NCBI RefSeq assembly: GCF_006345805.1
Contig: NC_043000.1
Span: 33,542,001 to 33,606,000, forward strand
DNA: 64,000 nt
Reading direction: 5' to 3'
Source: Octopus sinensis
Taxonomy: Eukaryota
The position numbers and the translations under genes are program-made. This document shows positions 26,488 through 39,937 of the stretch, one piece after another. A model generated the notes under the pieces. It searched no databases, was not told where the DNA came from, and was given only the letters and a program-made list of their open reading frames with translations. The stretch's first letter is position 1. The number at the start of each line of letters is the position of its first letter.

Positions 26488-26799
26488 AAAAAATGCATTA
26501 AAAATGGAAAAAGAATTATGGTAAATTTGTTTTTAAATCGTTGACTCATCGTAGACATTTTTAGAGAGTTACTTCCCTTATATAATAGCGAAAAAATGCA
26601 TTAGAATGGAAAAAATGATGGTAATTTTTTTTTAAATGGTAGACTCATCGTAGACGCGCGCTAATACCCAGAAGGGCTCGATATGAATCACGACTATAAG
26701 ATACCCGCTTTTGGTTAAACTGCACCGCAAAATGTGGGAGTAGTTAGGAATCTAAATCGGAGTAGACAGACACACAACTTCACTTTTATATATAAAGAT
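26488..26799 (+). mobile_element. Non-autonomous Helitron/Helentron-like element, 5'-truncated
   Basis: Reverse complement matches 48009-48340; ends cacacaacttcacttttatatataaagat; superfamily inferred from the termini. Confidence 0.7.
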
Positions 26800-27130
26800 A
26801 TCGACCATAAAGCATATTTATGCAGTAGTTGTACGTATTCAATCGATCCCTATATGTAGGACCCGCGCTTTGTGCGATCGAATAGAACATAGCATAAAGA
26901 AAAGCAAGTTTTTAAACAGCTACAGACGTACACGTAGATATGGACACACACAACGAAACACACATTTATACGCACAAACACGCGCACACCCGCACACACA
27001 CATAGGCACACTGCACACGCGCACATGCGCACACAAGTACACGCGCGCGCACACACACACACAGAGGTACGCACGCACAGATCGTGATTTAAAACGGGAA
27101 CTATTCTGTAGTGGTTTATAATTTTTATCA

Positions 27131-27514
27131 GTGGAGGCGCAATGGCCCAGTGGTTAGGGCAGCGGACTCGCGGTCGTAGGATCGCGGTTTCGATTCCCGG
27201 ACCGGGCGTTGTGAGTGTTTATTGAGCGAAAACACCTAAAGCTCCACGAGGCTCCGGCAGGGGATGGTGGTGATCCCTGCTGTACTCTTTCACCACAATT
27301 TTATCTCACTCTTACTTCCTGTTTCTGTTGTACCTGTATTTCAAAGGGCCGGCCTTGTCACTCTCTGTGTCACGCTGAATATACCCGAGAACTGCGTTAA
27401 GGGTACACGTGTCTGTGGAGTGCTCAGCCACTTACACGTTAATTTCACGAGCAGGCTGTTCCGTTGATCGGATCAACCGGAACCCTCGTCGTCGTAACCG
27501 ACGGAGTGCTTCCA
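27131..27514 (+). mobile_element. tRNA-derived SINE, family C, tail type 2
   Basis: tggcccagtgg A box, ggtttcgattccc B box; central acacgtgtctgtggagtgctcagccacttacacgtt block also at 38075-38115 (-). Confidence 0.88.
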
Positions 27515-27939
27515 TAATTTTTATCTTACTCAGCCTTTATTGGACTAAAATCTTACACTTCATGTCGTGCCTCCCCATTTTGTTGAACCCTTCTCGGCCC
27601 TATTTATCCACGACCCCATTTTCCTCTGTGGCAGAACGTTTTCCCTCCATAACCTTAATACTCCCATTTTTCTATCAGATTATAATTCTGAACGGGATCC
27701 TAAAGGAATGTAACTTAATAATTATGACTTCAATATTTGAACTGTATTTATTCTCGATTAGGATTCTGTTGACAGTCTTTTAAAAAATTAAGTTTTGCTC
27801 TTTATATACTCCTATACCACATAAAACACCTTCATAAGAGGCTAAATAAGAGGCAAAATAAAACACTCCATCTCCTCCTCCCCCGCCTCCTTTAACCTTT
27901 ACATATTCTTTCCCCTTCACTCTTTCATTATTTCTTATT

Positions 27940-28078
27940 CTTCAAAATCCGCTGAGGTCGACTTTGCCTTTCATCTTTTCGGCGTCGACAAATTAAGTAC
28001 CAGTTGCGTCCTGGGGTCGATCTAATCGACTGGCCCCCTCCCTCAAAATTTCGGCTCTTGTGCCTAGAGTAGAAAAGA
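27940..28078 (+). mobile_element. SINE family A core + alternative tail
   Basis: gaggtcgactttgcctttcatc...aagtaccagtt...ctggggtcgat, then ggccccctccctcaaaatt...cttgtgcct. Confidence 0.8.
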
Positions 28079-28180
28079 TCTATTCTTATATTTGTTTTTA
28101 TTATTCTTTTATTCTTCGTAATAAACCCAAATATTCTCCAATATTTTTACACTTCAAGTTCATACACATACATACATACA

Positions 28181-28244
<64 letters not shown>

Positions 28245-28999
28245 TATTTATATTTTGGTATATTTTAAAATTCCTTAATTTCAATTTTTAAGTCTTTATT
28301 TCATAAATTTCTTAATTTCCAGCGTTTTCCTTTTAGCTTTTTAATTTTCAAAACATTTTAAAATTTTGAATTATTTAATTTACTTTTATTTATTTGAGTT
28401 ATCCTTTTGCTTAATCATCCACTTATTTCGTTTTTTTAAAGTCCTAAACCTATTCCCACACTCCCACTTTTATACGAACAATATTACCTTCATGTTAATA
28501 TTTCCTTTATCTTACATACTTTCATTCATGAATTGAGTTTTCATTTAAAGTGTCGTCATTTCCTTCCACCATTTAAATCTACCACAATATTTTCTATCAT
28601 ATCTTATTATATTCTTCCCGATATCAAACATGCTATTTAAAACATATTTAAAAATTTTTAAATTAATTTTTCATCACTGTTTAACCTTTTCTATATTAAA
28701 TACGTAAAAATATATCTTTAACATTTACGTAATATTTATTTACTTTTTTATTTATAAAATTAATATAAAATTTATTGCCCTTTTAGCATTTTCATATAGA
28801 ATGATTCCGTATATTAAAAGCCAACACGTCCCTTAATATATATGTATATATATATATATATATATAATATATATATATATATAATATATCCTTTCCCTTC
28901 CTTCCTGAGCGTCCAATATACTATAATTGTTCCACGTCCTCGCGTTGTTGTGTTTTCTGTTTGTGTTTTCATGTTTGGATTAACTTTATATATATATAG

Positions 29000-29072
<73 letters not shown>

Positions 29073-29169
29073 TATATAATATATATATATAATATATATA
29101 TATATATGCGTGTTGTGTGTGTGTGTGTGTGCGTGTGTGTGTGCGTGTGTGCGTGTATACATACATATA

Positions 29170-30203
29170 TTGGGTTGGCAAGAAAGTAATTTCGTTTTTC
29201 GCAAATAGAGTTACAATTTTTTGGAATGACTTGTCAATGTTATGATTTTTACCATTTGACATTTGATAGCCGTTACTTTTAATTCACTTTAGAAGCAAAC
29301 TGCGCGTAATTTTGTTTACATTTGTTAGTTCAGTGTCAATTTTAACATGGAGTGCAAAAACGAACATTCTCGCCATGTTTTGCTTTTTTTTTATTTCCGT
29401 TAAGGCAAGAAAGCTGCTGAGGTTCACAAATAGATATGTGAAGTTTATGGTGTTGATTGCTTAATAGAACGTACATGTCAGAAATGGTTTTCAGATATTC
29501 TGTTCTGGAAATTTTTCACTCAAAGATAACAAACGTTCTGGTCGACTTACTGAGGTTGATGATGACCGAATCAAAACCACAATTGAATCTGATTGTCATA
29601 TAACTGTGCGAGAGATTGCAAAGAGGTTAAATGTATCACACACAACAATTGCAAATCATTTAAAATGTCTTGAGTCGTTAAGAAGGTCGATATTTGGGTT
29701 CCACATGAATTGAAAGAGATTCACTTAGCACAACGAATCAATATTTGCGACATGTATCTCAATTTGCAGTGAAATCGACCTTTTTTTTAAACGAATCATC
29801 AATAGAAAACGATCATGGTCCAAGTGTAATGAACGAACACAAACCACATTGAAAGCTGAATTGTATGAAAAAAGGTCAAGCTGTCAATTTGGTGGGATTA
29901 GAAAGGCGCTGTGGATTTTTTTAGCTGCTTCCAAGAAACTAAACGATCAATTCAGATGTTTACTGTCAACAGCTAATGAAACTGAAGGGAGTAATCAAAG
30001 AAAATTGGCCACAATTGGGAAATCGTAAAGGAATCGTGTTCCACCATGACAACGCTAGATTACACACGTCTTTGCTAACTCGTGAAAAATTACTGGAGTT
30101 TGGTTGGGAAGTGATGTCACATCCATCATATAGACCTGATCTTGCACCATTAGATTACCATTTGTTTCGAAGATTGCAAAATTTTTTTAAAGGTAAAACT
30201 TGA
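29170..30203 (+). mobile_element. Mariner (DD34D) element, decayed, internally deleted, 3'-truncated
   Basis: TA + ttgggttggcaagaaagtaatttcg TIR-like end; MECKNEH at 29347; WVPHEL; FHHDNARLHTS; HPSYRPDLAPLDYHLF. Confidence 0.93.
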
Positions 30204-30645
30204 TTGTGAATTTCCCGTTCATCCTGATGTGGGGGTCATTGCCGAGATGCGTTTTAACTGGCAATCGGACCACGGCATTGAACTCCCGAAATGGCCATAG
30301 ATGTGTTTTGACTTGATTTTGTGGAACTCTCTTACGCTCCTTGGATTTCAACCTTCCATGGTTTTTGAGAAACGAACTATTTTGATATATTTTTAATTGA
30401 GGGGAGTAAAAACCTTTTTTTTTGGGGGGGGGGGGGGGTTGATTGATATTTTTAGTGTTTTAGTCGCTTGACACGCTTTAGTAATTCATTTTGATTACCT
30501 ATTTTTGTCGATTTGTATATATCTTTTCTTGACAGGACGTTCTATATATTTTATATTTTCTGTGCTTATATATATATATAATCTTTTTATATGTTGAAGG
30601 CCGTGGTAATATTTATATATGATGAAATGTATGGAAGCGTGGTGT

Positions 30646-31022
30646 TATTGACTGGATGGAATAAAATCCAAGCAGTTAATACGTGGGCGATAGCATCACT
30701 TCAGTATGGAGCAGGAATTATGCAATGGCAAAGGAGACAAGTAAAGAAAATGGATGCCAAGACCAGAAAAATGTTGACAGTACACGGAGCCACCCTAAAA
30801 GTGACACCGATAGGCTGTACTTGTTCAGAAGAATTGGGTGGGAAAGGTTTAATCAATGTTGAGCGCAACACCAACCTCAGTCTTCGGAAATACTCCATCA
30901 TCAATTGCTCTCTCATTTCCTTTTCCATTTCCTTGTTGAATACCAAAGTATTTGGAACCTACCGTTTTAATTTGCTTAATTAAGTCTCCATTCGGTAAAT
31001 ATATCCCTTCTAGGGACTGTAC
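30646..31022. mobile_element. R4/Dong LINE fragment in two oppositely oriented halves
   Basis: + strand GWNKIQAVNTWA...GKGLINVE (30646-30865); - strand EGIYLPNG...EYFRRLRLVLRSTL (31022-30855); abuts (TAT)n at 31025-31075. Confidence 0.85.
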
Positions 31023-31024
31023 CA

Positions 31025-31076
<52 letters not shown>

Positions 31077-31177
31077 GGTCGATGAAATAAATAGCAATTA
31101 CATCCTGGAATCGATTAAACCCTTCCCCACCAAATTTCAGGCCTTGTGACTATAGTAGGAAGGATTATTATTATTAT

Positions 31178-31400
31178 TGGTTTCAAATTCTGGCACAAGG
31201 CCAGCAATTTCGAGGGAGGAGATAAGTCGTTTATATCGACCCACCCCAGTGTTCAACTGGTATTTATTCTATCCACCCTCAAACGGGTGAAGTCCGCAAA
31301 GTCGACCTCGGTGACATTTCAACTCAGAACCTGAAGTTGGAAGAAATGTCGCTAAGCACTTTCTCCGGCGCGGTAACGATTCCGCCGGTTCGCCGCTTCA
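31178..31400 (-). mobile_element. SINE family A variant, decayed
   Basis: ggcacaaggccagcaatt, aagtcgacctcgg, tcaactcagaac, cgctaagcac as reverse complement of family A. Confidence 0.78.
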
Positions 31401-31599
31401 AGCGATACCAATATTTTATTCGTCATTGGTTAATATTACTTTATTTTCTTCTCAGCATAATCTTATAGTTTGCTTGTTAATGGATGCAAAAACACTGTCA
31501 GATATGTAAAACCCCTAAATAATTGTTTTTGATGCAGATAGGATACATGTGAATTTGAGAAACAATCTAGACCAAGGGACTTCTTAGCTTTATTCATCA

Positions 31600-32010
31600 A
31601 GCTTTATTCATCGATCGTTATTCATTGGGAACCTTTCAATTCATTTTTAATTAATTTGTCTTTCTTAGGCAGCTGTATTCTTGTCTCGTTTTCTCACAAT
31701 TTACTGTAAAAATCTAATGACAGAAACAGTTCTACACTTGTACAGGTTTTGAGCTGTTAGATTTCACTGGTGCCATTCTAGTGCTTGTCCCAGTTTTATT
31801 TCCAGTTCTTCGATGCCAGACTAAATAGATACCAAACATAATAAATTGACCTCGTGTCAACACAAGAAATCTTCGCCAATATTTTTTCCTGCCTTTCTAT
31901 CAATTTACTGCTTTTTATCAATTTATTTCTCTGTTCATATTGCTTCGTTGTTTTCAGTTCTGTTAAAACCAAATATTCAGTATAAGTACATCGATCTTCA
32001 AATAACAATA
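31600..32010 (-). mobile_element. Possible PLE N-terminal fragment
   Basis: KQYEQRNKLIKSSKLIERQEKILAKISC resembles PLE N-terminal helices; weak. Confidence 0.3.
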
Positions 32011-32764
32011 TTGTGATTCGATTCTATTACACTCGTTTGCTTTTAATGATCTTGAAATTTTTTGGCGCAAAATTGTAATTTAGTATCATTCTAACCACAG
32101 ACATTGAAACACCAATCTTCTTAAACCTTCTTAAACCTTCTCACACGTTTGCTTTTGGCTGACTCAAAGCATACACATGTTCTATGTTGCACACTCACAC
32201 AGAAAATCAGGCAAGATCCGACGGAAACAAACAAGCATTCATTAATACAAGCATTGCACACACATTATATGTAAAGCTGTTTCTCACAGCTTAACTGCTC
32301 ACATACGGACTTTCATCGATAGGAACGAAGGCAACCACACAGACACAAAGACACACAGACAGAAAATCTTGAATGAATTTCTAAAACATGACTCCACTCC
32401 TGTTCTTCATCAGCCACACCTCGTTACGGAAATTCTGTGATATTCCGTGAGCGGCAGACATATTTGAATTTATCAGAATATATTATGACAAATTTTGCTT
32501 TTAGGTCAAAAGTTCAGTGTGTTGTCCTGTCCACCGTTTATTCGTTTACTCCTTCCACACACATACACACACATACATTCATACATACATACATATATAC
32601 ATAATACAGTTATCCATCCATCTATATGAATATATGTGCACACATACATACATATACGCATAAATGCTTTCATAAATAAGTAAATAAATAGATATATACA
32701 TACACACACGCACATACACGCACACACACACACACACACATACACACACACACACATATACATA

Positions 32765-33822
32765 CAAGGGTTGGACAAAATAATGGAAACACCTAGCACC
32801 ATAGCATCATAATTTTTAAATATCTATAAAACCGTCAAAAGCTTGTTTATTTTTATGTTTTTTTTTATTTATTATTAGTGTTGTTTAATATGTTTTGCTA
32901 AAATTGCTGTTTCTTTTCAGATATTATCAGAAAAAGGTAACTAAAATTCATTAAAATGACAGATCTATTGGACTTTCAACGAGGTCAAATTGTTGGTGCT
33001 CATATAGCAGGTGCTAGCATAACGAAAACAGCTGAAATGTTTGGTGTATCAAGAAGTGCTGTCTCGAAAGTAATGACAGACTTTGAGAAAGAGGGAAAAA
33101 CTCTTCGTCGAAACAAAAATCCGGAAGAAAACAAAAACTTTCTGATAGGGACCGTCGGATTCTTATGCGAATTGTTAGAAAGGATCACAAAAGTACAGCT
33201 CCCAAAATTACTGCAGAGCTTAATGACCACCTCGGGAATCCAGTTTCCATAAAAACTGTTTGCCGGGAGCTGCACAAAGCCATATTTCACGGGAGGGCTA
33301 CAATCAGAAAACCACTACTTTCAAAAGCAAACGCTGCAAAGCGTTTAGAGTGGAGTAAAAACCTACAGAATTGGTCCCTAGAGGAGTGGAAGAATGTTAT
33401 TTTCTCGGACGAGTCATCCTTTACCTTATTTCTGAACACCAACCGAGTATATGTGTGAAGACAGCCAGAAGAAGCATTTGACCCAGACTGTCTTCTTCCA
33501 ATTGTTAAACATGGACGAGGATCTGTGATGATCTGGTGGGGCTATATCTTGGAAATCCGCCAGCCCAAAGGTTTCCCTTCATAGCAGAATTAATAGTCAA
33601 GACTATTTAAGCATTTTATCTGATCAAATTCATCCTATGGTTGCGGAACTGTTTCCAGAGGGAAACGCAATCTTTCACGATGATAATGCACCAATTCATA
33701 CAGCTAAAGTTGTTAGTGAATGACACGAGGAATATTCTAGTGAAGTTGAACATCTTATCTTGCCACCACAGTCCCCAGATTTCAATATTATTGAACATTT
33801 ATGGTGCATTTTAGAAATTGTA
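32765..33822 (+). mobile_element. Tc1-like element, decayed, 3'-truncated
   Basis: TA + caagggttggacaaaataatggaaacacc TIR-like end; LDFQRGQIVG; VIFSDES; IFHDDNAPIH; PPQSPDFNIIEHLW; frameshifts and stops. Confidence 0.94.
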
Positions 33823-33824
33823 TG

Positions 33825-34165
33825 TTTGTCTAACCCAGTACAACCTGTTGCATGGTCGGGTCGTCGGCAACTAAACCGGCAACCCCACCAAGCTTGCTTG
33901 GTGAGGAGGGTGTTTATTGGACACCCTGCGGGATCAAAAACAAAACCCGTCAAAGGGCGGAGGAACTCTTGAGAGTGAACGGCCATCCAATAAATGTCTT
34001 AAGGCTGTATCATGCGCGGAGACATAGAAATAATCGGACTGAATACCCGCTCGCGCGGATAAGCCATTGGGAGTGAAAGACTCCTAGCCTTTGTTAGGGC
34101 ATCCTTCTAGAGAAGGTAACTCAGGTAACTGGGATAACTCCGACATAAAACCTGCGGAGCAGTGG
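33825..34165 (+). mobile_element. Hairpin-rich non-coding segment, putative non-LTR retrotransposon 5'UTR
   Basis: Stems caccaag/cttggtg, agggtgt/acaccct, ggagt/actcc, ccttct/agaagg; truncates the Tc1; identity inferred. Confidence 0.45.
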
Positions 34166-34328
34166 TTACCGATGGTGTTGATTTGTTCTTCTTATCGGAT
34201 TATGGCTGCTGTTGCTTAGTGAGTGGGATTGACTCAGTGCACAGCCTTTCCTCACTTTAAAAAAATCTTCTTGCACAGGCATTGCACGGTAACAACATTG
34301 ATTAAGCTTCGCGCAATGGCTATACTCG

Positions 34329-34536
34329 ATAACGAGGGGGCAGCCACCATGTATGCATGTATGTATGTATGTATGTATGTATGTATGTATGTATGTATGT
34401 ATGTATGTATGTATGCATGTATGTATGTATGTATGTATGTATGATAACGAGGGGGCAGCCACCATGTATGCATGTATGTATGTATGTATGTATGTATGTA
34501 TGTATGTATGTATGCATGCGTATGTATGTTTGCATG

Positions 34537-34570
<34 letters not shown>

Positions 34571-34600
34571 TGTATGTATGTATGTATGTATGTATGTATG
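34329..34600. repeat. (TATG)n tracts with duplicated 27-nt unique motif gataacgagggggcagccaccatgtat
   Basis: Motif at ~34329 and ~34443, 114-bp period. Confidence 0.9.
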
Positions 34601-34940
34601 GATTTCCTAGAGTTGTATTTAAATTCTTCGCAGTATTCATGTATGTATATCACTGAATTCTTTTTGCAAAGAAGTATCTTGTTTTTAACAAAGTAACAGA
34701 ATGCCGTCACTGAAATTTAGATAACAAGAATCGTTATTTGAACATCGAACTTTTAAAATATCTTGTATATTTTTACTGTTTCACTTACAGATGGTCTTTG
34801 TTAAGGGTGTAACGAATGATCAACTACGTCATTTGAAAACAAGGTTTTCGAATCCGTTAGACATTCTCTAGCAGAGTCAATCGTATGTGTATGTGTATGT
34901 ATGCACGTGTGTGAATGAATATGTGTTCACGTGGTATATT

Positions 34941-35008
<68 letters not shown>

Positions 35009-35489
35009 TGTGTTTGTGTATTAGATTAAACATCATTAAACAACAGACATCAATACCTCGTATGTTATGCGTACAATATGTGGAAATTGTCGAAGAAATC
35101 AATGCTGGTATTCTTGAAGTTTTATTCTACTTTGAAACAGAACAAACAAAATGGTACAAAAGATATTTCTGATCTATAGAAAATTGGAATTTAACTTTCT
35201 CATTTACCAATTCTTAATTCTCAGCCAGATGTCAATAAAGAACAAAAGAATCGATATTTCGTCAAAAATCTATTCTTTTGATGGAGTCTCGGAAACAGTG
35301 TAAGACAAGGACAAGTTTCCAGACAACAAAACTTTTGTATATTTAAACGGTGAGTTGTGGAAAGTATGTTTGGTTCCTAATTGATAACATCTCGTCACAT
35401 ACAGATTAACAAATATTGGTCAATTCCACAAACCATTGAATCATTCAGAAGCGAATAATTCTGTTTTTAACGCGTCAACAACAGAGCTC

Positions 35490-35670
35490 TAACAAGTGAT
35501 TCGATGTTCTGGAAATAACAGCCAAATTTCCCTTAAATCACAGTTTACTATTTTAAAGTGTTGGTATCTAATACTACATAATATTCGATAGCAGATGACA
35601 GTAAAAAATAAGACAAGATGGTCATGGTTTGGCTATCTTTGATTATAAATCTATAATGAGCGTTGGTCTG
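35490..35670 (+). mobile_element. Decayed dispersed repeat (probable SINE family D)
   Basis: aataacagccaaatttcccttaaatcaca resembles 20486-20520 and the reverse complement of 57234-57263; gatggtcatgg tail also at ~55526. Confidence 0.4.
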
Positions 35671-35849
35671 GGGAGAAGACATATAACATCGTCGCATATT
35701 GGTATACAGGAGAATATCACGTCAGGAAATCCTTGGACTATTCAAGTCCATCACTGCCAGTGGATATGAAATCAATCATTTATGTTTTGTTGACCGTTTA
35801 AAGAAATAAACGCCGTGCCCCTGCGTCATTTCTTTCGTAGTGAAAGACA

Positions 35850-36058
35850 TGAAATATGGGTTATAAAATATGGAATATGAAATAGGGGTTATGAAATATG
35901 GATTATGAAATATGGATTGTGAAATATGGATTATGAAATACGGATTATGAAATATGGGTTATGAAATGTGGAATATAAAATATGGATTACGAAATGTGGA
36001 TTATGAAATACGGGTTATGAAATATGGATTATGAAATATGGATGATGAAATATGGATT
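35850..36058. repeat. 14-bp minisatellite (tgaaatatggatta), ~15 copies
   Basis: Direct reading; no unique spacers. Confidence 0.95.
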
Positions 36059-36505
36059 AGGCGTTCGCCTTGTTATGTGGTTAAGAAGCTCACTTTGCAA
36101 ACAAGTGGTTTCGGGTTCACTCTCTCTGTACGGCACATTGGGAAAGTGCTTTTTATTATAGTCTCGGACTAACCAATACCTTGCGAATGAAATAGTTGAA
36201 GGAAATTGTGAGGAAGCCTCTAGCGTATGTATGTATGTATGTATGTATGTATGTATGTATGTATGTATGTATGTATGTATGTATGTATGCATGTAGGTAT
36301 ATGTATATGTGTGTGCATGTGTGTGTGTGTATGCATGTATGTATCTATATTTGTTTAGGTCCCCCGAACTTAGCAGTTCGACTAAAAAGGCCTATCGAAG
36401 TTACAAGCTTAAAAATGTCCAGTGGTCAATTTGCTCGGCTGAACATTCTCAAGACGATGCTCTAGTATGGCCGTATTCCAATGACTGAAAGAAGTAAAAA
36501 TAAAA
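36058..36505 (+). mobile_element. SINE family B, old full-length copy with internal (TATG)n
   Basis: tgttatgtggttaagaagc head, gggttcactc B box, aatgactgaaagaagtaaaa tail. Confidence 0.75.
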
Positions 36506-36919
36506 GAAAGACAAAATGTAGCCTTGACACCAGACACATTGAGGATTTGTTAGAAGATACCGTGGGAGGGCGGGGCAGTACCCCTAACAATGAAGGAATT
36601 CACATTTTATATATTCCATCTGTGAAATAGATGTGATTCCAATAAAGAACCTGTCCCAAAGACAATAATTATTGCTCCAAACCCGTAATTGTTCTCCATA
36701 ATTTCGAGGTAGACTTATTTGGTTATCAGCCTCGAGTGAACCTGTCCCGTCTATTGTAGAAGATCTGGATCAAAGAGACAGGAACACTGTCAAGCGAAAC
36801 GGATGGCTCCATCGCTACGGTTTGGCTTCCTAAACACCCAGAATCTGTTCTTATTTCTTCAGAGAAAATATTTTAAAATCACTTGCATTGTCTGTTGTAT
36901 GCACACACTCACACACACG

Positions 36920-36982
<63 letters not shown>

Positions 36983-37500
36983 CCACACGCTCTCTCCCTC
37001 TCTCTTTCTCTCTCTGAACTAACTGTGGATTGTTGTTATTCTTATTGTCGTCGTTACACACAAACATGCACACATACAGAGACACACTTGCACACACACA
37101 CACACAAAGACACTTCCAGCCGCGCCCACATACAGACACAGGTGGATACCCTCTGACGCACCTGTGCCTTAATTCAGTGTGGTGTGAAGCAAGTGGTCGC
37201 ACTCCGCCTGTCTCTGACGAACCACACGAGACTCACGTGATGTGTGCAGATCGAATGTGGTCAACGCATAAAACTGACCACTGGACGAGTGAATGCAGTC
37301 CTAAAATGAGGGCCACGTTCACAGATGTAAATAGCGATGACATGTCGAGGTGACACTTGATTATTTCATTCGTAAAACTAAATTCCCTCAAGCAGCAAAA
37401 ATTGTTTGCAATAATCTGGTTTTCTCTTATCCGGCTTAATGTTACGAAACTGGAGATAAGCTGAAATTCTACGAAGCCTTTCAATTCAGAAAAGTATTAA

Positions 37501-37548
<48 letters not shown>

Positions 37549-38039
37549 CACACACAAGCACAAACACGCACACACAGAGAAACAACACACACACATAGAA
37601 ACACACCTACACGCACACACAAGCACAAACACGCACACACAAAACACGCACAGACTTAGAAACACACCCACACACAACAGAGACACTGCCCCCCTCCACT
37701 CAAGCACAAACACGCACACACCGAGAAACACACCTACACACACACACACTTGCATTCACTTGTGTGTGTATGTGTATATGTGCTTCTTGTACCTATGTGT
37801 GTCTGCCATTTTGCTTGTTTGTTAGCGAGTGGTTTCCATATTATTTTTTGTACAAGTCATTTTAGAGAGAGAGAGAGAGAGAGAAATAGAGGGAGGGAGA
37901 GAGAGAGAAATAGAGAGATGATAGAGACAGACAACATTTGATTATCATTCATTTTAAAAGGAACCTTTTATCAAAAGGGAACTGCTCAGTCACTGTAAAG
38001 AATCGAACCTGTTCAACCCGCAACACCGTATCTAGTTGC

Positions 38040-38200
38040 GGTGGATCTTCAATCAAGTGAATTACTTGCGTCTGATCAACGTGTAAGCGGCTGAATATTC
38101 CATAGACACGTGTATTGTTAAGGCAATTTCCGGGTAGAATCAGGGTGATACAGTATATGGCAAAGCAATAACTTTGATCTACGGATGCAATGCATTCGAG
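38040..38200 (-). mobile_element. Decayed SINE central-domain fragment
   Basis: Reverse complement acacgtgtctatggaatattcagccgcttacacgtt matches 27404-27441. Confidence 0.6.
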
Positions 38201-39256
38201 AAACTTCTGTATAGCTTCCGGTTACTCTAACATCTGCCTAAGCTCGAACCTCAGCCATAAGATTGCAAAGTGAGTTTTCCAAACATTCGGCCATATTTCC
38301 CCCTACATATCAACACCGCATATCAGGGATATTAACCAAAAAGCTACAACAAGGTGCAACATTACAAAATGACTGTATTGTATTGAGTGATGCTTTTTAA
38401 AACTTTTATTTTACTTTATTTAAATATAATAATTCAAGTGAAAGCACCGCCCTATATTCCTCCTGACAACAGTGTTAGCAATCAACATAACACATTTCTC
38501 ATATGACCTTTCAAAACAACAAAGTCCTCTACTGGAAAGAAGAAGCTTATTATAAAAACCGAAAGTTTTTCAACGCATTCTGCTACACTACATCGAATTG
38601 TTACAGTTCTATAAAAAGCTGCTGCTAAGGTGACCTTTTCAAACAGTAGAATTATGAAGCATACGGAAGTTGCCACACAGCTGAATAGAACGAATTTGAT
38701 CACGTGGACACCGAGTTTTCGCTTTGATTTGTTTGTTTCTACCAATTTCTCTGATACCAAATATTTATTTCACTTTTCGAAAAGACACTGTATTATAAGT
38801 TCACATTCTTACATTGATGCGAGAAAGTCAAATATATTCATCGCTTTTCTTTGCTTTGTCTTCTTACTTTCACAGTTTCCTTGCATAAGAATGCACACAA
38901 TCCTACCAACATACTTACTCAAGCAAATACAAAACCCAACTTTCATTCGAACACATACACGTAGTCACCTTTACTCAATTACTCGGGCTACACACATGCG
39001 CGTGCACACACACACAACGCACAAACCCATTCAACGAAATATACTTTACACATCTACTTTAATAGCCTTACATTTCTAACTGATGCTAAATTGATAAAAG
39101 GTTTACACAAACTGGAAGCGTTAAATAAATTCCTAAAATATTCTGAAGGAATATTTTTCGTATTTTCTTATTCTAGTTGACATGTCAATATTAATGTTAT
39201 GAATATGCTCATGGCAGAGTTAAAAGCATGGCAATAACACCACACACACACACACA

Positions 39257-39306
<50 letters not shown>

Positions 39307-39890
39307 ACACATGTATATATGTATATAAACATATAAAAAGAACAAACGATACAATTTTCAATAAAACTCCCCTGAAAACTATTACATCGACGAAATTGAA
39401 TCGTTTGAGAGAGAAAATATTTTACGTCGAACTTTCATGCGAGTTCTTATGAAAGCCACATGGTATGTAACATATTAGAACTGATAACTATATTTTTGAC
39501 AATGAAATAACAAGTTTGTTTTCATATAAACATACATTGCCTCAAATTTATTGCTGGGTAAATGAGAATCTGTGAAAAGAATATGAAAAAGCTACACATT
39601 ACAATCAAAAGTTAGAGAGCAAACTTATCCAGATATATGTTACTGTCACGTGTGTTATTTTAGCCAATCAAATGTTTATTGTTTATCAGTCATTTTTTAA
39701 AATCATTATGTTATTATAAAGGAAATAAACAAGAAAAAATATTTTTTGATTCGTTCTTTTTGTTATATCCGTGAATATTCCTTGCTTGTTGACACACTTC
39801 CAAAATTATGAACTAGTTAACTTGAAGGTCGATCATTTTGTGTCTTTGAGTGGGGAAGGGAGAGAAAGAGGGAGAGAGGTAGAGAGAGAA

Positions 39891-39937
<47 letters not shown>

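Noticed and set aside
32370-32418. CTGATGA with a plausible stem II on -
   Set aside because: No stem III, NUH or stem I partner
35850-36058. Possible CRISPR-like array
   Set aside because: Contiguous 14-bp units without unique spacers, no cas genes, eukaryotic context
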